Assembly (NCBI GenBank): GCA_951406725.2
Contig: OX597833.1
Span: forward strand, 73,284,001 to 73,348,000
Direction of reading: 5' to 3'
Origin: Octopus vulgaris
Taxonomy: Eukaryota
Length of the DNA: 64,000 bases
Position 1 is the stretch's first letter. Each line of letters begins with the position of its first letter. Both the position numbers and the translations under genes were made by a program. The notes under the pieces are model-generated. The model made no database searches and had not been told where the DNA came from. It worked only from the letters and a program-made list of their open reading frames with translations. Shown here one piece after another: positions 1-13,640 of the stretch.

Positions 1-70
1 CTCCTTCATTGGACTTTCAACAATATCAACAGGATATGTATTTATGTATGTATGCTTGCATGCATGCATG

Positions 71-112
<42 letters not shown>

Positions 113-2540
113 GATTTGTATGTTTTGCTTTAAGTACGTATTCTCATGCATATAGCTGCATGTCTAGACATGTTCATATAGACTTCAATGCTAAACTTCT
201 GGAAAGATTTACAGATTTCTATAGTTCGAGGGATGGCTTTCTCCTTTCTAGTTTTGAGAAGCCTAATTTCTCAGGATTGGTAGTTAGGCAGTGTGTTACT
301 TATTCCAGTACCCCAATAAATACAGGTTTAAGCCTGAACTTGTAATTTGGGTAGAGTAACTAACTCCTCAACAGTTTCTTTTTCACTAATCTTTATGCTA
401 ACATCCACTGGGCAGCTGATTTCCCCAACTGTACACGGTTTGTCTTCTCTATCCCATATCCTTATGTCAGGTCTATTATGTTCATATTTTATTGAGGTTT
501 CCACTAGGACATTCTACCAGCACTCCTCATTATGAGTGGCTATTGCTTCCACTGTAATGTGGGTTCTTATTTCTTTGGCTTCAGGGTTATCCTTAAGATG
601 GATCTCATTATACAGTGTCTTAGCCACACCATGTCTCATTGGAAGATAATACTGTGAAGACATTTTCAGACAACTGCTTATGACGTGGGTGATATCTTTG
701 GTGTTAACTCCACAAGGTTTGCTTCGGTTGTCACATTTTGCTGCTTTCCCCATGTCTCTGTCCATTTTGTGCATCAGGTATTTGGTTGATATTTCCTCTT
801 CCTGGATTGCTAATACATACCTTTCAAGGTGGGAGTAGTAATCCAGTTGTTGCTCTATGATAGACTGTTTTGATGATTAATATTATTATCATCTCAGAGC
901 TTTCTTCAAAAATATCCATGTATGTTCTGCTGATATATGCTCATCCTCTCATCTGATGATATGTCGTGCAACTCTTTTGGCTATATATTTAAGGTTATCA
1001 GACAAGGAATGCTGCTCAAGGAGCTGCTTTACAAATCTTGTGATGTTATCAGCCTTATATATGCGAACTTGGTCAAGGGATGCACTTCGACACTTGATGG
1101 TTAAAAGATGTTGCCAAAGGGATATGATAGAACATTCAAAGCCAGTCTGGTTCGATGTTAAGTCTTTGCTACCTTGTTTTCAGTTTAGGTAGAGGCAGTC
1201 TATGTTGCTGTTGATGTGGAAGTTATGTGTGCTGGTTTGTATCTTCTGTATTTTCACAGGAATGGCTTGAATCTCATCAAGTGTCCAATCAAGTAGCCCA
1301 AATGCTGGTATTCCACCTGGCACTGCAAACACATTGTGGGCCAGTTTTATTGAATGCAGAGAGTTCCGAGGTCCATATTTTCCTTATCTGGCTGTAATAT
1401 TCTTTAGTGACATGTGTCTTGTTTCAGGTGCCATTGTAAGATATGTTTTCATCCACCCCAATGTACCTGTAACATTCCTCGTCAGATGCAGGGGAAACAG
1501 TTAAGTCATTGATGGTGTTGTTAGCCTGGTTTACTCTTTTCCCTCTTTTCACAACCATATAGCAAAAATTATTCTGACCAAACTTCAACCCTCTATCCTT
1601 TGAAAATGTTGTAACCTGGACAAGGCTCTTTTCATCTCATGCATAATTTTTGCAGATAGTTTCAAGTCATCCACAAAGAAACGGTTTGTAATTTTGGTCT
1701 TTCTGTTTCTTTGTGAACCGGTGAGATAACCTTCAGACTTCCTTAACATGAATGACCAGGGTTTACAGAAAGTATAAACAACATCACAGAAAGGCTGTCC
1801 CTTTGGAATACACCTCTGCAATACTGGATTCTATCAGTGATAATACAACTACTCCTTGCATCATGAACCACCATCCTTCAAGATGGTGGTCCACGATGAA
1901 GTCAGGTCAGCTATAGCTTTGACTATTCTCACAGAAACTGGATCACAGCTACAAGGGTATCACTATCAATGCTGTGTGACCTGGGTGTAATGCAGGAATA
2001 ATAACTTCTTTGAATTCCTTCCAAATACAGAACGGTTAAATTCCTTCTCTACACTCCAGATGTTCCTTCAGAAGGTGTCCATGTCTTCTCGTGAAGGAGC
2101 TTCTGTGATATTCACTGCTTCTCCTCTCATCTCTCTCTATACTGCTACCTGTTCTGTTTAAATTTTTTGTTTATCATTTTTTTCTTGGTTATTCTCTTCT
2201 GATGTCGGAATCTTCTGATTCTAACAACTTTAAGCTTGTATTTCCTTCTTCATTTTTTGTTGGTGAGCTGTATAGTGATTTGCTTGTTTGCACGCAAGAA
2301 GCACCATCACATGGCTGACGCTCTTCCGTAAATCAACAACCATCTCTCTGTCTTCAGAACTCATGACGGCACTTTCTTCATTGTTTTGGTTTTGTTCACT
2401 TTTTTAAAGTCGTTCATGTACTATTTTGCAATAGTAGGCAAGGCATAGAGACTGGCAGAATTAATCTGCCAGACTATGGCTTCATTACGCTGCTGTAAAT
2501 GCACCTCTCCAATTTCCTTAACAACTTTTAGTACCATATC
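1..2540 (-). mobile_element. Degenerate R4/Dong-like non-LTR retrotransposon (RT + CCHC + restriction-like endonuclease)
   Basis: Minus-strand fragments: RT 'NRFFVDDLKL' (1585-1821), knuckle-like 'PCGVNTKDITHVISSC...RHGVAK' (514-774), and 'RPDIRIWDREDKPCTVGEISCP' PD-(D/E)xK-type motif (~400-470). Many stops and frameshifts. Confidence 0.8.
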
Positions 2541-2749
2541 TGGTGGATTTTTTTACTTACTTTCATAGAGAATACTCTCTCTCCTTGAGAGTATATATGT
2601 ATGTATGCATGTGTGTGTGTGTGTGTGCATGTAAGTGTATGTATGTACCTGAGTGTATGTGTGTACATATAATAAAGGTAAATGATGGACAAACAGTTAT
2701 GGAAGGCTTCAAATCATATGTTACATAAATATAATGAAGAGAGTTGGTA

Positions 2750-4620
2750 TTCCCTCATAGTTCTTCAAAACAAATGTGAAGGTGCTATACATACATGTCC
2801 TAGTGAAAACTTAATAGAATATAAACACAATAGACCTGATATAATGATTTGGGATAGAGAAGAGAAACTCTGTACATTTGTGGAAATTAGCTGCCCTGAG
2901 GATGTTAACATAAAGCTGAAGATCAGTGAAAAACGAGAATACCTATGGTAAACTATTGAGAAATCAGCAGTTACTCTATCCAGATTACAAGCTCAGGTTT
3001 ATATATGTAATTAATGGAGCACTGAGATATGTAACACACTACCAAAATAACAATCTCAAGAAATTAGGTTTCTCAAAACCAGAAAGGAGAAAGTACAGAT
3101 CTAAGCCATCACTGAAACTAAAAATCTGTAAAACTTTCTAGAAGTTTATCGTTTAGGTATTGGGTCATTCCATAAATAAGGCATTTTTTAAATACTTCTT
3201 TTATTTTTCAAAATTAAGATAAACAAAGTTCTTTTGTTTAATCTAAAATATACTCTCCTTCATTTTCTACAATGCTCTTCCATCTATCTAGTAGACTTGT
3301 AAGGCCCCTGTCCAAAAATTCACTTTGTTAGTGCTGAAAAATACTCCTCTAGTACTGTTCTGATCTTGTCTACAGAATTCACATTTTTCTGTTCAAATGA
3401 TTTTGAAGACTGCAGAATAAATGATAATCAGATGGGACAATGTCTGGCGAATATGGTGGGTGGGACATTGGTTCCCATTCAAACTGCTCCAGCCTATGAA
3501 ATATCATCCTCACTGTATGTGGCAAAGAATTATCCCAATGGAAGAACACCTTTCATCTTGAAACCAAAGATGGTTGTTTTTCTTCTTGCACTGAATTGAG
3601 TCCACTCAAGCTGCTCCCAGTAGATTTCCTTTGTTTTCATTTGGTTTGGATTTAAAAGTTTAAAGTGGACTAAACCTTTCATATCCCACCAAACAGATAA
3701 CAAAACCTTCCATGGGTGAAGACCTTCTTTAACCTGGGCCGCTGGCGTTTCTCCTTTCCCTACCCACTGTCTTTGGCACTTGACATTTTTTAGAGAACCC
3801 ATTTCTTGCCACCAGTCACTATTTGGTCCAAAAACGGTTCATTCGTGAGATGTGACAGCAAAGAAGAGCACACATTCACTCTCTGTGCGCAATTAGACTT
3901 GGAAAGTTGGTGAGGAACCCATTGACCCAATTTGCTGACTTTTCTGATGGCATGCAGGAGTCAATGAATGGTTGAATGACCAAATCCAAGCTTCTCTATT
4001 AGTTCCTCAACAGTCACGATGGGATTTTGTTCCACAAGGATTTACAAGGTGTCCTTGCTGAATTCTACAGATCTTCCAGGATGAGGCTCATCTTCTAGGC
4101 TGTAGTTTCCGACTTGGAATTTCTGGAACCACTGTTGACACTGGCTTACACTTATCATCCGACACCCATATACTGCATTAATATTCCTCGCACTTTCTGT
4201 TGCGTTGTTGCCTTTATTGAACTCATAAAGCAAAATAACCACCTTTGTCACTTCCATTATAGTTTTGAAAAAATAACTGTTAAAATCGAATTGCACTCCT
4301 CAAAACTTGCACTAAGAATAAATTCAAGGTAAAATCACTACCTGCTTTTACAGCAAGTTGATGCAAGTAGTTTATCCTATCTCCATCCAACTTTTAGCTC
4401 AAGCAATTGAAAAAAAACTGCATTATTTATCGAATGACCCAATATATATGAGCATGTCTAGATATGCAAGTAAATGTTTGAGGCAACAAACATAAAAAGA
4501 GACATAGAAATTTGCACACACACACACAAATATCTTGTTGATGTTGAAATTCTAATGAAAGAGCGTTGGATCTAGTTTAGAAACTGGCTGTTTCTCTGTT
4601 GGCAAGAAATCTTAAAATAA
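2750..4620 (+). mobile_element. Second, oppositely oriented 3' fragment of the same R4-like family, split by a mariner insertion
   Basis: 'NRPDIMIWDREEKLCTFVEISCPEDVNIK...YGKLLR' (2682-3141). Sequence after the mariner (4443-4565, 'agcatgtctagatatgc...gttgaaattctaatgaaagag') matches the reverse complement of 1-200. Confidence 0.75.
3160..4442 (-). mobile_element. Full-length (1283 bp) mariner transposon with defective transposase
   Basis: Imperfect ~28-bp TIRs TTGGGTCATTCCATAAATAA / TTATTTATCGAATGACCCAA, with TA on both sides. Transposase pieces: HTH 'YEFNKGNNATESARNINAVYG...WFQKF...LEDEPHPGR', WVPH (~3910) and 'KVLLSVWWDMKG'. Confidence 0.93.
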
Positions 4621-4677
4621 AACTGAATAATGACATATATACATGCATACATACTTAAACACATACATCCATATATA

Positions 4678-4790
4678 AATAATAATAATAATGTTCGTCC
4701 TTCGGGTTCGAAGATGACCACTGACATCATCTGGTGGAACTGCCGTTATGAGACCGGAGGTGGCTGGTTAGGCCAATCCGGGCAAGGATC
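4678..4790 (-). mobile_element. RTE LINE 3' end
   Basis: Minus strand reads 'ARIGLTSHLRSH' (RTE C-terminal motif), then a short 3' UTR and an (ATT)n tail. Confidence 0.6.
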
Positions 4791-4907
4791 CATATATACC
4801 ACTATACATAAATACATTTGCGAAACAAAGTGATAGCAATAGAGCATAAGGTCAGTCGAGGCGGCCGTTGAACATGGCATTCTATCACTCAGACAACATC
4901 TGCTGAA

Positions 4908-5007
4908 NNNNNNNNNNNNNNNNNNNNNNNNNNNNNNNNNNNNNNNNNNNNNNNNNNNNNNNNNNNNNNNNNNNNNNNNNNNNNNNNNNNNNNNNNNNNN
5001 NNNNNNN
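4908..5007. other. Assembly gap (100 N)
   Basis: Run of N; contiguity across it is unproven. Confidence 1.
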
Positions 5008-7107
5008 ATCTACTAACACAAACAGAAACCGGCTCCCTAAAAAGAAAAAAACACTCATCAGGCGCATCAAAAGACTCAACAAACAAAATCAACCAATTAA
5101 AATATTCCCACATACAACATCCAAATTCAACAACAATGAAAAGGCTAGAGCTGGAAAAACTTCATCTACAGAACGACATGAAAACCTCCATTGAAAATCA
5201 AAGAGCTGTGGAGGAACAGTGGGTAATCAAAAACATCAAACAGGGCCCAAAAGTGTTCTATTCTTATGCAAATAAGCATAGAACCACTGTCTCACCCATT
5301 GGGCCATTGATTGATGATAACGGCATTCCCCAACACGATGCTAAAGAAATGGCAGAAATACTGCAGAAATAATATTGCTTTGTCTGATATTGACACAAGA
5401 GAAGCGAACGAAGTTGACCCTCAACATAAAATCTCAGACATAACCTTCACTGCCACTGACATCACAGCAGCAATAAATGAGATCAAATACTACTCTGCTG
5501 TAGGCCCTGATAGATTCCCTGCTAGTCTCCTGAAGGAATGTAGACACCAACTTGCAGTCCCTCTGACCAACCTCTGGAGAAATTCGTTAGACGCAGGTTA
5601 TATACCGAAACAGTTTCTATCCCAGTCAGTCATCCCGGTTTTCAAACAGGGAAACAGATCCCTCGCACTCAACTATCGCCCAATCTCACTCACCTCCCAC
5701 ATCATCAAAGTGTTTGAAAGAGTGTTAAGATCAAGGATAGCTGACTTCCTGGAGACCCACAAACTCCTAAATGCAAATCAGCATGGCTTTCGCTGAGGCA
5801 GGGACTGTCTAACACAGCTCTTACACCACATTGAAGATGTACTCAAAGCCTTGGGAACAGGTTCGAACTCTGATGTCATATATCTTGACTTCAGTAAAGC
5901 GTTCGACAGGGTAGACCATAATATCCTACTCTCAAAATTGGCAAATGTTGGAATCCGTGGAAAAGTTCTACACTAGATCAAGTATTTCCAGGCGAATATA
6001 ACACAACATGTTGTAGTTGATGGAGTCCACTCAAGCCCAGCATAAGTCACCAGCGGTGTCCCCCAGGGGACTATTTTGGGTCTGCTACTCTTCATAATTT
6101 ACATAAACGACCTTTCCAGTGTCGTACATTACTGCAAAGTGAAAATATTTGCTGATGACACTAAGCTCCAGCAAATCGTCAATGAAGAAGCAGACCGAAC
6201 TCAACTCCAGTCTGATCTATATGCTGTGAGTCAATGGGCACACAGAGACAAAATGCAACTGAACAAGGGAAAATTTGAGTTGATGCATTTTGGAAGAAAT
6301 TCCTCAATAAAAGGGGAACCGCTTACAGCCTCTAACAATATCAGACCTGGGTGTAATTGTTGATGACGATCTCAGTTGGAGTGCACACATCAACAAGAAG
6401 GTCGATATAGCACGTAGGATGAGTTCCTGGATCTTAAGAACTTTCCGGTCCAGAGAACAAGGTGTCATCATACCACTTTTCTCCTCCTTTGTACGGCCAC
6501 ACCTCGAATACTGCTGCCCACTGTGGTCTCTTCACACAAGACAAAACATCTCCAGAATTGAGTCACCCCAGAGGGCACTCACTAAACGAATTGAAGGCAT
6601 GGCTGCTGTCGATTATTGGGATCGCCTTAAAGCCTTGAACCTTTACTCCTCCAGCATCGCCGTGAGCGGTACATCATTTGTACGATGTGGAAAATATACC
6701 GCCAACTAAGCCCAAACGACCTAAACATTAGCTTCAAGGTTCATCCAAGACTTGGACCACGGGCTATACGTCCCCTGCCCAATTCAAGATCACAACATAC
6801 ATGTACACTGCAACATAATTTCTTTTCCTCAACAGGCCCTGCCCTATTTAACATTGTCCCGAAAGAGATCAAAGAGGAACAGGATCCCATCAACTTTAAA
6901 CGGAGTCTGGATAGATTCCTTCAAGGAATACCAGATAAGCCACCCATAATTGGATACAACTCACCCAACAAAAACTCACTACTTGAATGGACCATAAACA
7001 AAACTTGACTTAAACAGGATTCAAATAATCCTATCAGGTGGTGCTATTAAGTTAGACATGGCCTGGACCAATCTTTGGTCGAAACATATCAAGGTTTATC
7101 TAAGTTT
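5008..7107 (+). mobile_element. CR1-group LINE, ORF2 (RT) with stops and frameshifts, 3' end present
   Basis: '[17 protein letters not shown]', 'QHGFR', SGVPQG-type motif, 'FADDTKL', 'RPHLEYCCPLWS'. Confidence 0.9.
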
Positions 7108-7319
7108 ATATACAAACATACAAACATGTATATACAAATCTATATACAAACATATATACAAATATATATATACAGACATATATATACAAATATATATATA
7201 CAAACATATATATATATATACAAACATATATACAAACACATATATACAAATATATATACAAACATATATACACAAATATATATACAAACATATACATACA
7301 AATATATATACAAACATAT
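7108..7319. repeat. Compound (TA)n/CAAA microsatellite
   Basis: Repeated tatatatacaaa/catatatacaaa units. Confidence 0.9.
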
Positions 7320-7920
7320 GACCCTCTCCGTAACCTTCATTACCTGATCCAACAGCTTGATACCTCTGTATTTATTTGTATCTAAAGCGTCACCTTTACC
7401 TTTGTAGCAGTTGACTATTATGCTGCTACACCAGTCATTGGGTATGACTCCTTCGTGTATCAACTGGTTAACTATACGGGTGACTAGGCTATAACCAACA
7501 CTGCCAGATATTTTGAGCCTCTCTGCAGTAATTCCTGATGGACCTGGGGCTTTCCCTGTCTTCATACTTCTAATTATCTTATCTACCAAAGAACTGTCAA
7601 CTCGGATAGCTGGTCCCTCAGTTGGGTCGACATTCGGCAGACTCTCTTTCTCCCATTCATTGTCTTTATTCAGCAACCTTTCATAGTGGCGTCTCCAAAC
7701 CTCTCTCTTTGCAGCCACATTTAGCGCAAGTGAACCATTATCCATGCGAACACATTTCTCTCCTACCACATCACGATTCTCTCTCACACACTGTCTTGCA
7801 ACACGAAATATCTCAAGTCTTTTGTCCTCACGGCGCAGAACATTGGCAAATTTTTTCTTATCTGCTTCTCCTATGGCTAAATAAACCTGCCTCCTAGCTT
7901 CCCTTCTGGCAGTCTGACAC
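7320..7920 (-). mobile_element. RTE-clade LINE ORF fragment (linker to RT start)
   Basis: 'MKTGKAPGPSGITAE...IPNDWCSSIIVNCYKGKGDALDTNKYRGIKLL'. A short inverted piece of the same region lies at ~7930-8010. Confidence 0.85.
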
Positions 7921-8298
7921 ACTTCACCCATATAGTTAATCAGGATATATAGAAAGGTATTATACCCAATGACTGGCATAGCAGCATTGTAGTCAACTGT
8001 TATAGGAAGACAGACGTTAAATGATGTTGATATATTTTTTAGTATACATAACTGACTTCTACACGTCCTTCATGGATGATTCTATGATCCACAAAAACAG
8101 ATGAATTATATCCAAAATGCTAATGTTGCTGCTACCAAAAGGTATTGAGGACTTGATGCTTTTTGTTTCAGTAGAGTTGCCCTTCCAACTATAATCATCC
8201 TTATTTCTTTTAAATCTCTGAATTATCACCATTATCCCATTGCATGACATTTTGAGTCTATTGGGTACCTGGAAAATGAATAAAACCAGTCGTGTGTA

Positions 8299-8640
8299 TC
8301 TCTTATTATAAAAGGCAGATTTTATCTGCCTCCCTTTGGGAGTTATACAAATCTACAATATAGGATTTCTTCAATTACAATTTACCTTGCATTTTTAAGA
8401 GTACAATGCATCGCGTCATGCCAGCTCCAGTTTTTAAAATTTAAACTCCAGTTAAGCAAAATTTACAGAAAACTCACATTCTGGTGTGTGTGTCAAATGC
8501 TTTTCTTAGTCTGGTTTACACCACACGCAAACGCACACACACAGTGGGCAACGAATAAAATGAAACTAATTCACTTACTGTAGTGAGTGATTCTTTCACT
8601 CTGCCTCCCACTTCTTCTTTCCACACAGACACGCAAATAT
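8299..8640 (+). mobile_element. Probable non-autonomous Helitron 5' part
   Basis: Starts A|TCTCTTATTATAAAAG, like the element at 9955; no 3' hairpin/CTAG seen. Confidence 0.35.
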
Positions 8641-8814
8641 ATAAATAAAATTGTAAGCTAACGTGCGTGTGTGTGAGTGGGTGTGTGTGGGTGTGCGCGT
8701 GTGTGTGTGTGTGTGAGGGTGCGTGTGTGTGTGTGTGTGTGTGTGCGTGTGCGTGAGTGTGTGACAGGAAAGTTTTTTTACGACGAATATAATACCTATA
8801 TCCAAGTAGCAGAA

Positions 8815-9160
8815 AGATAAGACAGTAAGGTGTGATTTGAGGGAGATTTGGCTGCTATTTCTACCATGTCTAGCTGCCATGTAGGGGTCTCCCTCATAGG
8901 CTCATACATACATATATATATACATAGATAAGACAGTAAGGTGTGATTTGGGGGAAATTTGGCTGCTATTTCTACCAGGTCTAGCTGCCATGTAGGGGTC
9001 CCCTCATAGGCTCATACATACATATATACATAGATAAGACAGTAAGGTGTGATTTGGGGGAGATTTCTACCAGGTCTAGCTACCATGCCCCCTCATTGGC
9101 TCATATATATATATACATACATAAGACAGTAAGGTGTGATTTGAGGGAGATTTGGCTGCT
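8815..9160. repeat. Tandem repeat, ~90-110 bp unit, ~3.5 copies
   Basis: 'ataagacagtaaggtgtgatttg' recurs at ~8817, 8927, 9034 and 9121. Confidence 0.9.
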
Positions 9161-9528
9161 GTAGGTCTGTTAGGCTTCTCATGTAAACTCAAGCTTTCTC
9201 ATGCCTTCAACATATGACCAAAGCAGAGAATGTATTCTTTTATTCTTCTGCTTTTTCCAGCCATTGGTCTGTGGCCATGCTGGGGCAATGCCTTGAAGAA
9301 TTGTAGTTTAATGAATCAACTCCAGTTTTATTTTTGTAAGCATTGTACTTATTCTATCTGTTTCCTTTGTCAAACCACTAGGTGACAGGGATGTAAACAA
9401 ACCAACATTCGTTGTCAAGCAGTGGTGGAGGACAATCACAAGCACAGACACGCACACACACACACACACACATACATGCATACACATATACACACATACA
9501 TACATATATATATATGTGTATATATATA

Positions 9529-9787
9529 TTGCAGCGTGGAAGGTGTTTGTAAGCCATTTAAGAAACACACAAAAACCGTTACATTCACTTCAACATTTAA
9601 ATTTAATTTGCCAAAATATTTTCGTCGCTTTGAGACCGCCACCTGTTCACTGACAAAAATATCGTGCTAACAGGTCGCGGTCTCAAAGCGACGAAAATAT
9701 TTTGACAAATTAAATTTAAATGTTGAAGTGAATCTAACGGTTTTTGTGTGTTTCTTAAATGGCTTATAAACACCTTCAACGCTGCAA
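9529..9787. repeat. Near-perfect inverted repeat (~119-bp arms, ~21-nt spacer), probable PLE pseudo-LTR pair
   Basis: 9529-9647 is the reverse complement of 9669-9787 with few mismatches; contains an HHR fold. Confidence 0.85.
9607..9657 (-). ncRNA. Minimal type I hammerhead-like motif, G3-C8 core variant
   Basis: UUUGUCA-GUGAACA-G-GUGGC(GUCGC in other arm)-loop-GCGAC-GAAA-AUAU-UU-UGGCAAA: 7-bp stem I, stem II, GAAA, palindromic stem III loop. Confidence 0.65.
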
Positions 9788-9954
9788 CTGTTTTCGTTCC
9801 AGCACACGATCTCAGATCAAGTCACTTGCTATGCAAGTACATCTCTGTAACTATATATATATTTATATATATATATATATATATAGTATATTGGTAAAAA
9901 CAGTAAGATAACAAAAGAAAGAAAGAGACCTCAATATTATGTAAATAGAGGAAA

Positions 9955-10349
9955 TCTTTATAGATAAAAGTGAGGTTGTGTGTCTGTCTCCTACGATTTA
10001 GATTCCTAACTACTCCCACATTTTGCGGTGCAGTTTAACCAAAACCGGGTATCTTATAGTCGTGATTCATATCGAGACCGTCTGGGTATTAGCGCGCGTC
10101 TACGATGAGTCTACGATTTATAAAAAAATTTACCATCAATTTTTCCCATTTTTAATCCATTTTTGACATATATAAGGGAAGTAACTCTCTAAAATTTATT
10201 ATTAAATCTCAGAACGTAAAAAGCTACAGTAACACCCCTCCCCCTTTGTGGTTAGCCATATTGAGATGGCTATTATACTTTACATCTCTAAAAATGCTTA
10301 TATAATTATTTCCCTTACAAACCCGAGCAACGCCGGGCGATACTGCTAG
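9955..10349 (+). mobile_element. Complete non-autonomous Helitron (395 bp)
   Basis: 5' TC, subterminal hairpin CCCGAGCAACGCCGGG, 3' CTAG, inserted between A and T, no TSD. Confidence 0.8.
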
Positions 10350-10362
10350 TGTGTATATATAT

Positions 10363-10500
10363 GAGTGGCTGTGTGGTAAGTAGCTTGCTTACGAACCACA
10401 TGGTTCCGGGTTCTATCCCAATGCATGGCACCTTGGGCAAGTGTCTTCTACTATAGCCTTGTGAGTGGATTTGGTAGACGGAAACTGAAGGAAGCCCGCC

Positions 10501-10551
<51 letters not shown>

Positions 10552-10700
10552 AGAGTTTGTGTATGTATATGTTCGTCCCCACCAACATCGCTTGGCAACC
10601 GATGCTGTGTTTACTGCAAAAGAGACCGATAGAATAAGTACTAGGCTTACAAAGAATACATCCTGGGGTCGATTTGCTTGACCAAAGTCGGTGCTCCATC
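10363..10700 (+). mobile_element. tRNA-type SINE, family 1 (internal (TA)n, LINE-like tail)
   Basis: A-box-like TGGCTGTGTGG and B-box-like GGTTCTATCCC; many related copies across the window. Confidence 0.8.
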
Positions 10701-10996
10701 AAAAAAGAGAGAAAAACACGTTTTCACTCTCTAAATATCGACTTCTTTCATAAACAACCAAGTTGATTTGTTATTGGGCTCCTAGACTGAACAATTGCAT
10801 GATCTTGTATGGATCTGAGAGTAATTTGACTGCTATTTCTAGCCACCCCAAGTTAGCCTTGTTAATCATGTGAACGTCTAAAGAACTGAAAGTTATTTTA
10901 ACAGTTGACAAACCAAATTCTAGTCAAGAACTCGTTTAAAAATTGCTGAGCCTTAACAGAAACCATTAACATTTGAAGTAATAGACTTATTTTTAA

Positions 10997-11037
<41 letters not shown>

Positions 11038-11185
11038 TGTGTGTCTGTTTGTCCCCAAACATTGCTACACAACGGATGTTAGTCTGTTTACGTCCCCATA
11101 ACTTAGAGGTTCAGCGAAAGAGATTGATAGAATAAGTACTAGGCCTACAAAGAATAAGTCCTGGGGTCGATATGCTCGACTGAAG

Positions 11186-11254
<69 letters not shown>

Positions 11255-12444
11255 CTGGAGCGCCGCCTTTAGTCGAGCACATCATACACAGCACTTCTTT
11301 GTAAGCCTAGTATTTATTCTAACTTGTTCTCTTTTGCCGAACCGCTAAAATACAGGGAGTAAAACACACCTCTATCGGTTAAAAGCATCAACAACTACAG
11401 TCAATCGAAGATAATGACCAAACTGTCTACCAATTCAGACACTCAAACACGCGGACAAACACAGAAATGAAAACAGTTACATACCTGCACATGCACAAAC
11501 ACACAGACATACACATATAGAAATGAAAAATACACAGTTACACATTCAAACTCTCACACTCACACACGCACAAACACACACACACACACACACACGCACC
11601 CACACACAGAAATGAAAACACAGTTACACAATCACACATAAAACCCTAACCCTAACTAGCACAAACATACAATTTATTCAGAATGTAAAGGGGCATTGGG
11701 TGCTTTGCACTCGCAGTTAGAATATCATCTCCCTCCACGCCAGTATGAGAATTTCTTTCATCCACTTGTGAAATTAATACATTGTCGACACATGACAAAA
11801 ATATGAGCAACATCTCAAGTCACTAAAGGTGCAATAAATTGAACTTATTTTGATTTAGTAGTTAGTGATCTCAAATGTGGGTATCTTAGCAATGGTCAGT
11901 GTCGCACACACACAAGCAAATAGAAACACTCAGTCGCTCACACACTCGCGCACACAGAAATAAAAACACTCACTCTCACACACACACACACACAAACACT
12001 GAAATGAAAATACCCACACTCACATAAATAAAAACAGTCCCACACTCACAAGGAGCCCCAATAGGTATATAAAAAAAGTTTCTAGTATCTTTCCTAGCCC
12101 ATAATTTATGATAATTGTAGTTCTAACAATAAATAAATACCTACTAATTCAGTACATCGAACATTACGTCCCCGTAAATTATCGGTTCTGCAAAAGAGAA
12201 CAATACGTTAAGTACTAGGAATACAAAAATAAGTCCTGGGGTCTATTTGCTCGACTAAATGCGGTACACCACAATTTAATAACAATAATATAATTATATG
12301 CAAGGTAAGTAAATCTATATGATATTTTGTAGTTATCTCACTAACTTACGGTGACGTAAACACATCAGAATCGGTTGTCAAGCAATTTTGAGGACAAAAA
12401 CGCAGACAGAAACATAGACACACACATACATATGTGTGTGCGTG

Positions 12445-13640
<1,196 letters not shown>

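Noticed and set aside
8059-8268. Minus-strand exon after acceptor ttttattcattttccag
   Set aside because: Good acceptor and one short open frame, but no recognisable protein or clear donor; needs RNA-seq.
11642-11656. Telomere-like CCCTAA doublets (also 16178, 19052, 22423)
   Set aside because: Only two or three units, internal to a duplicated repeat.
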